Shown here piece by piece: positions 1 to 12,474 of a stretch of 64,000 nt of DNA (its first letter is position 1; each line of letters begins with the position of its first letter). A program made the translations under genes and the position numbers. Below the pieces are notes generated by a model, which made no database searches, had not been told where the DNA came from, and saw nothing but the letters and a program-made list of their open reading frames with translations. Source of the stretch: an uncultured Planctomycetaceae bacterium (lineage in GTDB: Bacteria; Planctomycetota; Planctomycetia; Planctomycetales; Planctomycetaceae); assembly GCA_963813715.1 (NCBI GenBank), contig CAWFAK010000005.1, forward strand, positions 1,461,110 through 1,525,109. Reading direction: 5' to 3'.

Positions 1-134
1 TAGATACCACCGGATTAGCGAAGCCTTCTTCGGTGCGTCTCCTCGCCGAAGCAATGGAAGTTCGGGTTCCGCCAGTGGGACTCAGGCGAAACACGCCGGC
101 AAGGATAACGCGCGATTAGGTTTGCCCCGGCGGC

Positions 135-1391
135 TCAGGAGTAGGACGCGGGCGGGAAAATCTCGCCACCTCGGCCTTGTTGGATCAGCGGGATGTAGGT
201 CTCGAGTTCCGCCGACGTCTTCGGGTCGGTCAGGTCGACCGTCGCGCGGCGCTCGGCCGACAGGTAAGCGGCCATCGTCAGCCGGGCGATCTCGACACCG
301 TAATGCCAGTCCAAGAGTGGCGGCCGGCCGGAGAGCAGGGCGTCGCGGGCATCGACGTTTTCGTCCGTGTAGCCGTAGAGGTCGGGCTCGTTCGGCTGGA
401 CGGCGAGCAGGCCGCGGCTGGCCGTCGATTTTTCCAGGGCCGATTCGGAGTCGGCCACGCCGCGGGCCGCGTCGTCGCCCACGAACAGTTCCAGCGTCGA
501 GCGGAGGGTATTCGCCTCGAACGCGTAGCCGGGACCGAGCCCGTCGAGAGACAGCCGCAGCCCTTGCTTGTCGTACATCCAAGACGACGTGAATTGAGCC
601 TGCGACAGGCGACCCGTCTCGGGATTCTTGTAAGTCACCATCCCGGTGGCGAAGTCCTCGGCCGGCGTCTTTGCGTAATCGACATTGAATCGCTCGACGA
701 GCTTTTTCCGCCACGCGGGCTGGCCCCACTTGAGGAGCGCGAGATTGGCCGAGACCGATTGCGGCTCGAGGAACGTGGGGGCCTTGCCGGGAGGCGTCAG
801 GGCGTACCAGCCGACGGCCAGGCAGTGACAGCCCATGTCGCTCAAGACTCCGCCACCCTGCCGGGTCGGATCCCAGAACCAGGCGTTATGCGGTCCGGAG
901 TGCTCTTCCCCCGAACGGACGAGGACCGGTGGCCCCATCGCCGCCATCACGGACGCCAGCTGCGTCCGGGTCGACTGCAGGGTCTTCATGTGCAGCTGGT
1001 TCTCAAAGTAGATATGCCGCAGCCCGGCGTCCTCGACGAGCTGGACCATCCGCCGCGCCTCGGCCAGGTTGCGGGCCAGCGGCTTCTCGCAGATCACCGC
1101 CTTCAGCGGACTGCCGGCTTTGACCGCCTCGACCACTTCTTGCACGTGCTCCAGCCGCGCGAAATTCGGCGCGAAGAGCGCAATCACATCGACATGCAGT
1201 GCCATCTCGCGGATCGACGAATAGATCCGACCGGCACCGAGTCCCTGCGATTGAACAAGTTCCGCGAGCGCCGTGGGCGGCCGACGCGACACCAGGCCGG
1301 CGACTTCAATCCCTCGCACCGCGGCCAGGGCCCGCAGCTGAAAGCCGGTAATGAAACCGCCGCCGACGATGCCGTAACGAATGGGGGACAT
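135..1391 (-). CDS. Gfo/Idh/MocA family oxidoreductase
   Basis: N-terminal Rossmann motif (YGIVGGGFI), CEKP motif and GGGVLSDMGCH motif; 418 aa. Confidence 0.9.
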   Translation of the reverse strand: MSPIRYGIVGGGFITGFQLRALAAVRGIEVAGLVSRRPPTALAELVQSQGLGAGRIYSSIREMALHVDVIALFAPNFARLEHVQEVVEAVKAGSPLKAVICEKPLARNLAEARRMVQLVEDAGLRHIYFENQLHMKTLQSTRTQLASVMAAMGPPVLVRSGEEHSGPHNAWFWDPTRQGGGVLSDMGCHCLAVGWYALTPPGKAPTFLEPQSVSANLALLKWGQPAWRKKLVERFNVDYAKTPAEDFATGMVTYKNPETGRLSQAQFTSSWMYDKQGLRLSLDGLGPGYAFEANTLRSTLELFVGDDAARGVADSESALEKSTASRGLLAVQPNEPDLYGYTDENVDARDALLSGRPPLLDWHYGVEIARLTMAAYLSAERRATVDLTDPKTSAELETYIPLIQQGRGGEIFPPASYS

Positions 1392-1519
1392 GGCGCTTCA
1401 ATGACAAAGAAGGGTCAAAACAGAGCGTTTGGCCCGTTCATGTCAGCGGCGCGCAGCACGCATGTCAATCGTGGCGTTGAGGGCGAGCGTCGAGGAGAGC
1501 TCGAGCGCACCGCGCCGAG

Positions 1520-2965
1520 CTACTCGCACGACTGGAAGCGGACGCTGCCGGCGATGAAGAAGACGACGGCGAAGGCGACCAGCATCATGCAGCACTCGAA
1601 GATCATCCGCGGGTCGGGCGAGGCCTTGCTCAACAGTTCTTCGTAGGCCATCAGCGACCAGGCGTGCGGCGTGGTCAGACTCAGCTCGCGCATGGCATCG
1701 GGCAGCCATTTGCGGGGAGTGAAGCAGCCGCTGATTCCACCCATGGTGATCACGAGGATGGTGGCGTAGGCCGACACCTGCGATTCGCTGGTGACGCAGG
1801 TGGCGACCAGCAAGCCCAACGCGGTCGCCGCCATCGACGTGCAGAAAATCACCGGCAACAGCATCAGTGGGTAAGCACCCCACGAGAAATCAAAAATGAT
1901 CCGGCCGCAAACGAAGAGCAGCAGCGTCTGGGCGACGGACAGGATCAGGAACGGCATCGTTTTGCCGGAGAGGATCGAAATCGGCCGCACCGGCGCAATT
2001 CGCAGGCGGCGAAGCGTCCCCTGCTCCCGCTCGTGGAGCACCGAGCGAGCCATGAAGCTCACGATGAAGAAGACAAAGAACACCGTGTACGACGGCACGA
2101 TGGCGTTGTAGACCTCTTCGCTGCGGACGATGGGACGGGGCGTCGACGCTTCGGGCTGCAGGTTCGGCTTGTCGTTCTCTTCGTCGAACTGCGCGCAGGT
2201 CGTCGACATGAACCGTCGGTGCAGCGAGTAGCGACACATGACCGGCGGAACGATCGTTTTAAAGACGACCGAGAACGCCAGTTGCTCGATCAGCGAGTGC
2301 GTGCTCGATTCGGGCTCGCGGCTGATGAGCGACACGTCGAGCGAGCCGAGTCCGTCTTTCAATTGGTTGTCGAGGATGTCGCCCGGCTTGAGATGGCTCA
2401 CTTGCCGGTAAAAGTTCGGGCCGATCACCAGGGCGGCGTTCACGGAGCCGTTGTCGACTTCGGTCTGCGCCCGGTCCGGAGTGAGGATTTCTTTAATCTC
2501 GAAACCGCCCCGCTGCTGCAGTTCGTTAATCACTTTGACAATGATGTTGCGGGCGATTTTCTTCTGCGTGATTTTTTCTTCGGCGTCGAGCGTTTCGGCC
2601 GAGCTCTTGGCGACGGCTGTTGCCGGTTCGTTCCCGTCAGCCGGTTTGGCCTCGGTCGGCTTGGTCTCGGTCAATTTAGTCTCGGGCGGCTTGTCGTCGG
2701 CGGACTTGGTGTCGCTCGACTTGCTCGCGCCCTTGCTGTCCGAGTCATCGTCGTCCCAGCCCGCCTGGCCGATCTGCTCATACGCGACGGCATCGACGAC
2801 CCCGACCTTGAGCACCTGGTTGGTGTTCTTCCAACCGAGCAGCTTGCCCATCGTCAGGCCGATGATCGTGATGAACACCAACGGCAGCACGAGCAGCACA
2901 AAGAGCGCTCGGGCGTCGCGAAGGAGGATCTTCAGATCCTTCCTGGTGATTTCCCACGCTTTCAT
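1520..2965 (-). CDS. ABC-2 type transporter permease
   Basis: KDLKILLRD start, N-terminal TM, large extracellular loop, EREQGTLRRL motif and C-terminal TMs; directly downstream of an ABC ATPase. Confidence 0.88.
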   Translation of the reverse strand: MKAWEITRKDLKILLRDARALFVLLVLPLVFITIIGLTMGKLLGWKNTNQVLKVGVVDAVAYEQIGQAGWDDDDSDSKGASKSSDTKSADDKPPETKLTETKPTEAKPADGNEPATAVAKSSAETLDAEEKITQKKIARNIIVKVINELQQRGGFEIKEILTPDRAQTEVDNGSVNAALVIGPNFYRQVSHLKPGDILDNQLKDGLGSLDVSLISREPESSTHSLIEQLAFSVVFKTIVPPVMCRYSLHRRFMSTTCAQFDEENDKPNLQPEASTPRPIVRSEEVYNAIVPSYTVFFVFFIVSFMARSVLHEREQGTLRRLRIAPVRPISILSGKTMPFLILSVAQTLLLFVCGRIIFDFSWGAYPLMLLPVIFCTSMAATALGLLVATCVTSESQVSAYATILVITMGGISGCFTPRKWLPDAMRELSLTTPHAWSLMAYEELLSKASPDPRMIFECCMMLVAFAVVFFIAGSVRFQSCE

Positions 2966-3034
2966 AGCGGTCTTTTGCTTGCAGTCTGTTGATTACGGTG
3001 GACGGTTTTAGCGGCGAGCCGGAGTCGGTGCTGG

Positions 3035-3985
3035 TTAGTCCCGCAAGCGGCTGCCGGTCATTTGCAGGAACAGTCGCTCGAGGTTGGCATCGTTGGTCTT
3101 CACGGCACGCAGGTCGACGTGCGACTGATCGAGCAGTTGCAAAATTCGCGTAAGCGTTTCGTTGAGCCGGTCTTTCTCCTCGACCGATCCCCGCGGCACG
3201 ACAATCGTCGCCGAGCCGTTGTGACCTTGTTCGATCCGACCCAAAGGTCCCAGCTTGGCGGCCAGGCCGTTGGTCGGACGCGAAACCCGCAGACACAGGT
3301 CGGCACTCAGGCGACTGAGCAGCGTCTGCAAATTGTCGCAGGCGAGCACGCGGCCTCGATCGACGATGGCCACACGCGTGCAGAGCGCCTCGACCTCTTC
3401 CATGTAATGGCTGGCGTAAACGGAGGCGACGCCTTCGGCACTCAGCGCCCGCACGCAGTCGAGCAGGTGGGCTCGCGACTGCGGATCGACGCCCACCGTG
3501 GGCTCGTCGAGGATCAGGAGTCGCGGCCGATGCAACAGGGCCACGCCGAAGTTGAGCCGGCGCTTCATACCGCCGGAAAAATTCTCCGCCCGGTCGTTCG
3601 CGCGGCCGGTGAGCCCGGTGCGCTCCAGAGATTCATTGATTCGTTGTTTGAGAGTCCGCCCCTTGATGCCGTAGAGGCGGCCGAAAAAGTCGAGGTTCTC
3701 CCGCGCCGACAAATCGGGGTAGATCGCCAGATCTTGCGGCACCACTCCGAGCGCCTGGCGGAGGTCGCGGTTTTCGGGCGACAGCTCGCGCCCCTCGAGG
3801 CGGATCGCGCCCGAGTCGGGTGCGAGCAGGCCGACGATCATGTTCATCGTCGTCGACTTGCCGGCGCCGTTGGGCCCGAGGAGGCCGAAGACCTCGCCGG
3901 GGGCAACCGAAAAGCTCACGTCTTCAACGGCGACCAGGTTGCCGAAGGTCTTCCGGAGATTGCAGACTTCAAGGAGGTTCATCAC
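3035..3985 (-). CDS. ABC transporter ATP-binding protein (drug-exporter type)
   Basis: Walker A GPNGAGKST, signature FSGGMKRR, Walker B LILDEPT. Confidence 0.93.
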   Translation of the reverse strand: MMNLLEVCNLRKTFGNLVAVEDVSFSVAPGEVFGLLGPNGAGKSTTMNMIVGLLAPDSGAIRLEGRELSPENRDLRQALGVVPQDLAIYPDLSARENLDFFGRLYGIKGRTLKQRINESLERTGLTGRANDRAENFSGGMKRRLNFGVALLHRPRLLILDEPTVGVDPQSRAHLLDCVRALSAEGVASVYASHYMEEVEALCTRVAIVDRGRVLACDNLQTLLSRLSADLCLRVSRPTNGLAAKLGPLGRIEQGHNGSATIVVPRGSVEEKDRLNETLTRILQLLDQSHVDLRAVKTNDANLERLFLQMTGSRLRD

Positions 3986-4428
3986 GTCAGATTTCTTCGC
4001 GTCGGCAAAGTCCGAACGTTGTCCGCGACCGTGTGACGGGTAATTTAAGTCATCGTCATTTCAATCGATCCGAATCTACGTGGACGGAAACCGCGGACGC
4101 TTAACGGCGGCAAAGCGAGCCGACGAAGCCGGTTCGAACGATCAACGTCGATGAACAGTGCCAGCGGGGTTTCGGCAAGCACGGCTGAGTCTGCGGATGA
4201 GCCAAATTATTGGGGCAGGCGGCCGGTTGACCCCCGAACAGTTGGCAGACGATTGGCCGGCCGCGGCGCGGCGGACAAGGCAAGAGAGGGCCGCGGACCG
4301 CTGCGCGTGACGTGTCGCCGCGCCCATAGAGAAGGGAGTGATAAGGAGGCCGGCTTCTCAACTCGTTGCAATTCCAACCTGCACGGCTAGGATACAACCA
4401 GCGCACGGCTTCCAAAGGATCCTCTCAC

Positions 4429-6258
<1,830 letters not shown>

Positions 6259-6326
6259 TCGCCCCACCACGACTCGACCTGGCACTCCTCGAATTGCGGG
6301 GCCGTCAACGGGCGTGGAGCATCCCA

Positions 6327-6536
6327 ATGGCAGACCTGGCAATTGCTTTGATCCCCCTAATCGTCCTATTCGCCCTCATGGTGATGCTGATCGGGACGAG
6401 CGCCCATTTTCAGCGCAAAAAATCCCTGAAATTGCAAGTTGAGACGAACGAGCTGCTGCGAGAGCTTATCGCAGAGTTTCGCGCAGGCGGTCAAGCCCCG
6501 GAACCGCAGCCAGCCTTGCAGAAACTTTCAAACTGA
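6327..6536 (+). CDS. Small single-TM hypothetical protein (69 aa)
   Basis: MADLAIALIPLIVLFALMVMLIG hydrophobic N-terminus followed by a helical charged tail; GGAG upstream. Confidence 0.6.
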   Translation: MADLAIALIPLIVLFALMVMLIGTSAHFQRKKSLKLQVETNELLRELIAEFRAGGQAPEPQPALQKLSN

Positions 6537-6611
6537 CCCACTGCCCCACCGCGCCCTCCCTCCGACTTGCCCGCCTGAATTCTGCGTCTGACCGCAAGAA
6601 CCCAGCCTTTG

Positions 6612-7853
6612 ATGTTCAGTACCCGCCGAGAATTCCTCGCAGGTTCCGCTTCATCTCTGGCGCTCGCCGCCTACGGTCGGCGTGCGCAATCCGCCGGTCG
6701 CGGAAAGACCGACGCTCCCGGACGGCTGTTGTTCACTTCGCAGGGCAAAACGGGCATCGTCAACACCGACGGTAGCGGACTGCGCTATTTCGACTTCAAG
6801 GTTCCCAAGCAGGCGACGTGGCAACCCTCGCTGACATTCAGCGACGGCCACCGAATCGTCTTTTTGAGCATGGAGCCGCGGCGCGACGGGCCGGGTCGGC
6901 CGTTCTCGCAGTACTACTCGCAGACGCCGACGCACATTTGGATCCACGACCTCAAGTCGGGTTCACTCGAGGAAATCTGCACCAAGAATCGGCTGGCCTC
7001 CTTCGAGACGCCCAGCTTGCTCGTGGGCGACGACCGAATTCTGGTGCAGGTCGTCCGCGATATGGTCGGTCAGGTCTACAGCATGCGTCTCGACGGCAGC
7101 GACGCGCGCGAGTTCACCCGCGTAAACGAAGGAATGCCGTACGGATTCAACTTGTCGCCTGACCGCATGCGCGTCGCCTTCCATCTGGGCGGGGGTGAGG
7201 GGTACCAGGTTTGGACGAGTGACCTGGAGGGCAAGCAGCGGATTCGCATTGCCGCAAAGCCGGGACATTTGTACTTCGGCCCGAGCTGGTCGCCCGACGG
7301 GCGATCGATCGCGTTCGTCGATTGCCAGCCCGGAGAGGAGCCGGGACACGATTGGGCCGACGTTTGTGTCGCACACGCGGACGGCAGCGGATACCAAACC
7401 GTCACGACAGGCAAGCAGATGTGGTTTTACGCGACCTTTGGCGATCTCAAGAGGCGGGGCGGTGGATCAAACCTGCTGGGCTGGACGACGAACGGCGAAA
7501 TTCTGTTCCCGCGACGTTCTGCCGGCTCGGAGGTCGCGTGGAGATACCAAGCCGCGCGGCCCGACGTCGACCATTTCAATCGCGACTATCATCCCGAGTT
7601 GGCACGCGGCGGCACCGAGATTTGCTTGCTCAATCCGGTAACGGGTCATGCGGTCGGAGTCTCGAAGACCTCCCGTCCGTTCTGGGATTTTCGACCGACC
7701 CAGTCGCGGGACGGACGATTTATCGCGTTCTGCCGCGCCGCAACGGGTCACGCCCCAGAGCTCTGGGTCATAAATTCCGACGGATCGAACCCGCGATTGA
7801 TCACACGCGGCGTCGATGATCGAGGAGTCGAATACCCGCGCTGGCTGACCTGA
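6612..7853 (+). CDS. Tat-exported TolB-like (PD40-repeat) beta-propeller protein
   Basis: STRREFL twin-arginine signal; repeated SPDR/WSPDG/SRDG propeller motifs. Confidence 0.8.
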   Translation: MFSTRREFLAGSASSLALAAYGRRAQSAGRGKTDAPGRLLFTSQGKTGIVNTDGSGLRYFDFKVPKQATWQPSLTFSDGHRIVFLSMEPRRDGPGRPFSQYYSQTPTHIWIHDLKSGSLEEICTKNRLASFETPSLLVGDDRILVQVVRDMVGQVYSMRLDGSDAREFTRVNEGMPYGFNLSPDRMRVAFHLGGGEGYQVWTSDLEGKQRIRIAAKPGHLYFGPSWSPDGRSIAFVDCQPGEEPGHDWADVCVAHADGSGYQTVTTGKQMWFYATFGDLKRRGGGSNLLGWTTNGEILFPRRSAGSEVAWRYQAARPDVDHFNRDYHPELARGGTEICLLNPVTGHAVGVSKTSRPFWDFRPTQSRDGRFIAFCRAATGHAPELWVINSDGSNPRLITRGVDDRGVEYPRWLT

Positions 7854-7941
7854 GACGCGAGCGCTTTACAAAAAAGCATCGGCAGGACCTTGCGATCCTG
7901 CCGATGCGTTCGATTCCTGGCTAGCGGAGCGTAGCGAAGTT

Positions 7942-9151
7942 TTACCAGGTGAATCCGGTCGCGACCGTAAAGCCGACCAAGTTGTTCTCCACGGTTCCGA
8001 TCGAGCCGTTGGATTGGGCGGCCCCGGTGCCAGAGACAGCAAACGAACTGCTGGAGGCCGAACCGTCGTTGCCCAAGTTCCAGTACTGGTACTCGACGGC
8101 AACGCGGAAGAAGGCGCACATCGGCAGGCACTTCAGCTCGTGGTCCCACTCGACGCCGGCCAAAGCCTCGACGATGAACGCGGTGTCCCAATTATCGGAA
8201 AACGCGCGTATTCGTCGATGTTGCGGCACCGTCGACTTCGGTGACGGTGGCCTGGGTCTGAACCGTGCGCTCGGCCTCGCCCCACAAGACTGAGCCGCGA
8301 ACCCCGTAGACGAGGTTGAGGCAGCCGTCGCAGGTCAGGGGCGTCCGACCCAGGAAGCCAACGGTGATACCAGCACCGTTGAACGTGAACTTGGTAAAGG
8401 CGCTGGTATTGAAGATTTCGGCGGGCGTGTTGTCGCGTGTGAGGTCGACAGCCTGGCCGGCCTCGAACGAAGCGTAGCGGGCGCCGAGAAAGCCGGTGAA
8501 CTTATTGCCGCAGTAGCACAACGAATAGGTGCCTTCCAGGTCGACGGTGTACGCCTTGATGCGATCCATCGTGTACTGGCCGGTCGCACCGACCGGGAGA
8601 CTCTCCCACGGGTCGAGCCGGTTCGTCGAATCGCTCATATACCAGAAGCGACCCTCGATGCCCCAGCAATCCTCCTGGACGCCGGCCCAAATTCGCGGCG
8701 AGAAGGTGAACTGGTCGAAGACCTGGCTGTTGCCTTGCTCGAACGTCGTGCCGGGGGGGGTCGTTTCTATCGACGAATCGACGACCATTCCCCGAGTTTG
8801 CACGTGGAAGATGGTCGCCTCGACGCCCGCGTTGAAAACGCACTTGGGCTCACAGAACGGTTCGCCAAATGTGTTGCAGCAGTTCGGCGGCGCCGGGCAA
8901 ACTGACGAGGCGCAAGGAGCCGGCGCCGGGGCCGGCTGATTGCCGACACAGGGGGCCGAGGTGTCCATCGTCGCGTTCGTGGTGATCACCTTGGAATCAC
9001 CGCTGTCCTGCGTCGCCGAGGTGAGAGAGTAATCCTCGAAGATCTTGGCAGGCGGGTCGTCGGACGCCGCAGCGTCCCCCGCCTGGGCGCACAGCGGCAG
9101 GCACACAACGAGTGGCGCCGCGAACGCCAATTTCTTGAACAGTCCTTTCAT
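7942..9151 (-). CDS. Outer-membrane beta-barrel protein (Lpg1974-like, planctomycete type), split by one frameshift near 8200
   Basis: Signal peptide and Cys/Pro-rich linker, then alternating beta-strands. The 7942-8229 frame supplies the C-terminus ending VATGFTW (terminal aromatic residue). Confidence 0.7.
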
Positions 9152-9947
9152 TGGTTTACTCCGTTGATTCCGTTCATACGGTTACTGGACAACTGGATGA
9201 CCGCAAGGTTTCTCGCTCCGCTTGCCTTGCGGGATACAGCGACCATCTGGCCCTGCAGACCCGTCATCGGCGGCGATTGACGTATCAAGCGGCTTGCTCC
9301 GGTTGCTGCGCGAAATCCAAACGCTCGGATTCCGCACAGAGTGACGTTCGTGACCATCGTCCTCGATCTGCCGACTGCAACACGAATATGGCGCGTGGCG
9401 GTAGATGCGGCAGATCCGTGAAGTTCGATACGACGTGGACAACCGGACCCTCGCGACGCTCGTTTCCCGCAAATTCGCGCCTTCGTGGCAATCGGGCTCA
9501 ACTTGGCGGCGGAGCGTGCGCGAAATTGGCGTCGCACGGATGGGGAATCGTCCAGACCGCTCGACCGTCGCTCTATCGCGGCACGAGCACGGAACCGGTG
9601 TTTACGTCGGTGCGAGACCAGGATTGCAGACTTGCCATTGCTTCGCGCGGAGTGACCGAGGGAGATGTCCGAACAGTGAGGCTTTGCCGGTTGCGTAATT
9701 CCGCTGGACCTTTTCGCCTGCGAGAACCCTGCCGACTGTACTGTTCCGGTTTTGACGAAAAGGCGCGGCGTATCGATTTTGCGAGTCATAACGACGCCCG
9801 TCCGGATCGATTCTAAGACGAACGATCGTGGTCGTCGGCGGCGCATCGCGCCAGGGAAGCCGAGGTCACCATCGGCGGAGGCTTGCCGGCAAAATCTGCC
9901 GGCCCGGCACCGCGAAACTAAAGTGCTTTGGGCACTGGGGGAACACC

Positions 9948-11444
9948 ATGGAGGGTGGCCGCTCGATTCTTGGATATCCGGCACGGCTGCTGGCCGGCCG
10001 GGGGCGAGTTCTCGCCTGCAGTCTGCTGGCGGCGACCGCCGCGGCGGGCTCGTCGCGCGTCTGGGCCGACGACTCGGCGGTGCTGCGAACGCTGGCTCAG
10101 CGATTCGATTCACCAGTGAGCGTCTTTACCGAAGACGAGATCGCGGTCCCCTTCAATCAAACGGTGGCGCCCGGCCGCGTTTACGTGCGGCCGGTCGAAG
10201 CGCCGCCGTCTCTTGAATTGGAGATGGTGGCGCCGCAAGTGACGCCGATCTTCGTCCAGGCGCCCCGCGTTGTGGTCGCGCCGCCTCCGCCGCTCGGCCT
10301 GGCCATGGAAGCGCCCGTCGTCGTCCCGCAACGGATTGCGATGCGGAATCTTGATCCGCCTGCGCTTTCGCTGAGCGTGGCAGAACCGCCGGTGGTCATT
10401 CCGCCGCCGATCATCCAGACTCCGGCCGGTTACGCGCACTTCAACTCGCCCCAGGCCGACACCGTCTCGTCCGACGCGCTGCAGGTCGCCGGCTTGACCA
10501 TGGCTTCCGCGGACCAACCGCCGCCGGCGCCGCCGGTTGACGGATCGACGCCTTCTCCCAACGCTGGCTCCCTCGGCCAGGTGGAGAAGCTGGGGGACGC
10601 GCCGCCGAGCAATTCGCTCGTCTTCTTGCGGACGCAGCAGGCCATCCTGCTCGAACCCGGCAAATGCCAGTTTGACTGGGGCCTCTCTTACAGCGTCTTC
10701 AACGAGGACTTTGCCGTGCCCGAGTTCAACCACTCGGGAGCCCTCGTCAACGTCGCCACCGAACGCGAGCGGCTGCGGCTGCTGACAATTCCCTTCGCCG
10801 TGCGCTACGGAGTCTGTGACGGGTTGCAAGCCTACCTGAACGTGCCGCTGGGCTGGGCCAACGCGGAAGAAACGAACACCGACGGCGGCAGCGTCAACAA
10901 CAACTTCGGCGGCACGGGCGACATCTCGGGCGGCTTCAGCGTCCAACTGATGAAGGGCTGCGGCGCCTGGGTGCCCGACGTGATCGGCTCGCTCGGCTTC
11001 GTCGCTCCCACCGGCCACGCCACGTTCGCGACGTCGCTGGTAGCCTCCAGCAGCTTCCTGGGTCAGGGGTTCTGGGACATCACCACGAATTTTATCGCCG
11101 TCCATACGCTCGATCCGGTGATCTTCTACTACGGCGGCGGTTACGTGCACCGCTTCGAGAACAACATCGACGGCGTGACCGTCAACCCGGGTGAGGAGTT
11201 CGACTACCTCTTCGGCGTCGGCTTTGCCGCCAACTCGTGGGTGACCATCAGCGGCACTCTCCTGGGCTCGACGATCACGCGCTACGGCGCTAACGGCGTC
11301 ACCATCCCGGGCAGCGATCAGGATCCGATGCGTTTCCGCATCGCGGTCACCGTGGTGAAAGACAGTCGCATCTGCGAACCGTTCGCCGAGATTGCCATGA
11401 CGCCCGACGCGCCGTCGCGTGTCGGCATCACGTTCACGTACTGA
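9948..11444 (+). CDS. Outer-membrane beta-barrel transporter (FapF/SphA-like) with a Pro-rich N-terminal extension
   Basis: Signal-like N-terminus, Pro-rich region, barrel motifs (GTGDISGG, PDVIGSLGFVAPTG), ends ITFTY; adjacent to a C39 peptidase. Confidence 0.7.
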   Translation: MEGGRSILGYPARLLAGRGRVLACSLLAATAAAGSSRVWADDSAVLRTLAQRFDSPVSVFTEDEIAVPFNQTVAPGRVYVRPVEAPPSLELEMVAPQVTPIFVQAPRVVVAPPPPLGLAMEAPVVVPQRIAMRNLDPPALSLSVAEPPVVIPPPIIQTPAGYAHFNSPQADTVSSDALQVAGLTMASADQPPPAPPVDGSTPSPNAGSLGQVEKLGDAPPSNSLVFLRTQQAILLEPGKCQFDWGLSYSVFNEDFAVPEFNHSGALVNVATERERLRLLTIPFAVRYGVCDGLQAYLNVPLGWANAEETNTDGGSVNNNFGGTGDISGGFSVQLMKGCGAWVPDVIGSLGFVAPTGHATFATSLVASSSFLGQGFWDITTNFIAVHTLDPVIFYYGGGYVHRFENNIDGVTVNPGEEFDYLFGVGFAANSWVTISGTLLGSTITRYGANGVTIPGSDQDPMRFRIAVTVVKDSRICEPFAEIAMTPDAPSRVGITFTY

Positions 11445-11522
11445 TCGGATCGACGATCGCGCCAAACAGCCAGGCATCGCCTCATTCGTCAGATAGCCGG
11501 GCGCCAGAGCGAAAGCTGCGAT

Positions 11523-12314
11523 ATGACCGCGGTTAAAAATCATCGCTGGAAGCGGATCGTCGCGGGGCCCATCGTCTTGAGCGTGGCCCTCGGCGTGGGG
11601 CACTCGGTCTGTCCGAGCGCGAGCCGGGCGGGCGTACAGTACAAACCAATCCCGCCCAGCGACGACCCAACCGAAATGCGGGCCCCGATTCGCGATCCGC
11701 AGCACGTCTTTTGGAAAGGCGTGTGGAGCTGGCGCGAGCTCAAAGACAAAAACGTCGTCAAGCAGAACCGCGACTATTCGTGCGGTGCGGCTTCGCTGTG
11801 CACGTTGCTCAAGTACTACTGGGGCGACAACGTCACCGAGCAGAAGATTCTCGACACAGTCGACAAGATGCTCACGCCGGAGGAACGCAAAGAACGGATT
11901 CAAAACGGCCTCTCGCTGACCGACCTTCGAAAAGTCGCCGTGAAGCTCGGCTACGTCGCCAGCATCGGCACACTCACGTTCGATCAGCTCTCGCAGTCGA
12001 AGATCCCCGTGCTGGTCGGCATGAAGATCGGCAAGTTCTATCACTTCGCCGTCTATCGCGGCACGGACGGGTACTGGGTCTATCTGGCCGATCCGGCCCG
12101 CGGCAACTTCCGCGGCCCTGTCAAAGAATTCGTCGACACCTGGCAGAAGAATGCCATCCTCGTCGTCGCCAAGAAGGATCAGGACATCAAGGAGGATTCT
12201 CCGTTGAGCCTCAAGGCCGAGGACATCTATCTCGGCACGCTCAACCGCCTGATGTTCGAGCGGCTGATTAGCCAACCCTTGGGTGCCACGCTGCCGTCGG
12301 CCAGCGCACGCTGA
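11523..12314 (+). CDS. Secreted C39 family peptidase (FapD-like)
   Basis: VVKQNRDYSCGAASL catalytic Cys motif, HFAV His, LADPARGN Asp; signal peptide and no ABC domain. Confidence 0.88.
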   Translation: MTAVKNHRWKRIVAGPIVLSVALGVGHSVCPSASRAGVQYKPIPPSDDPTEMRAPIRDPQHVFWKGVWSWRELKDKNVVKQNRDYSCGAASLCTLLKYYWGDNVTEQKILDTVDKMLTPEERKERIQNGLSLTDLRKVAVKLGYVASIGTLTFDQLSQSKIPVLVGMKIGKFYHFAVYRGTDGYWVYLADPARGNFRGPVKEFVDTWQKNAILVVAKKDQDIKEDSPLSLKAEDIYLGTLNRLMFERLISQPLGATLPSASAR

Positions 12315-12474
12315 TTGCCGCAGATTTCTGGCAACGCGGTCTCGGACCGAGCGGTATCACTTCGGGCTCCCTCACGAAAATTGCCCGACTCGCCAGATTG
12401 CACCATCGCCCGGGCTTCTTGTGTCGTAGCCTGGAGGACACACGCAACGCGGGGCGAAGTGGGCGAAGATCGGC

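Noticed and set aside
9148..10113. ORFs spanning the intergenic region between the two barrel genes
   Set aside because: Arg/Ser-rich with no motifs and overlapping in several frames; more likely regulatory DNA. No amyloid-like repeats were found in them.
10110..12275. Long antisense ORFs (e.g. 10110-12275, 43075-44934, 45573-47387, 4387-6132)
   Set aside because: Shadow frames opposite well-supported genes, expected from high-GC codon bias; no recognisable motifs.
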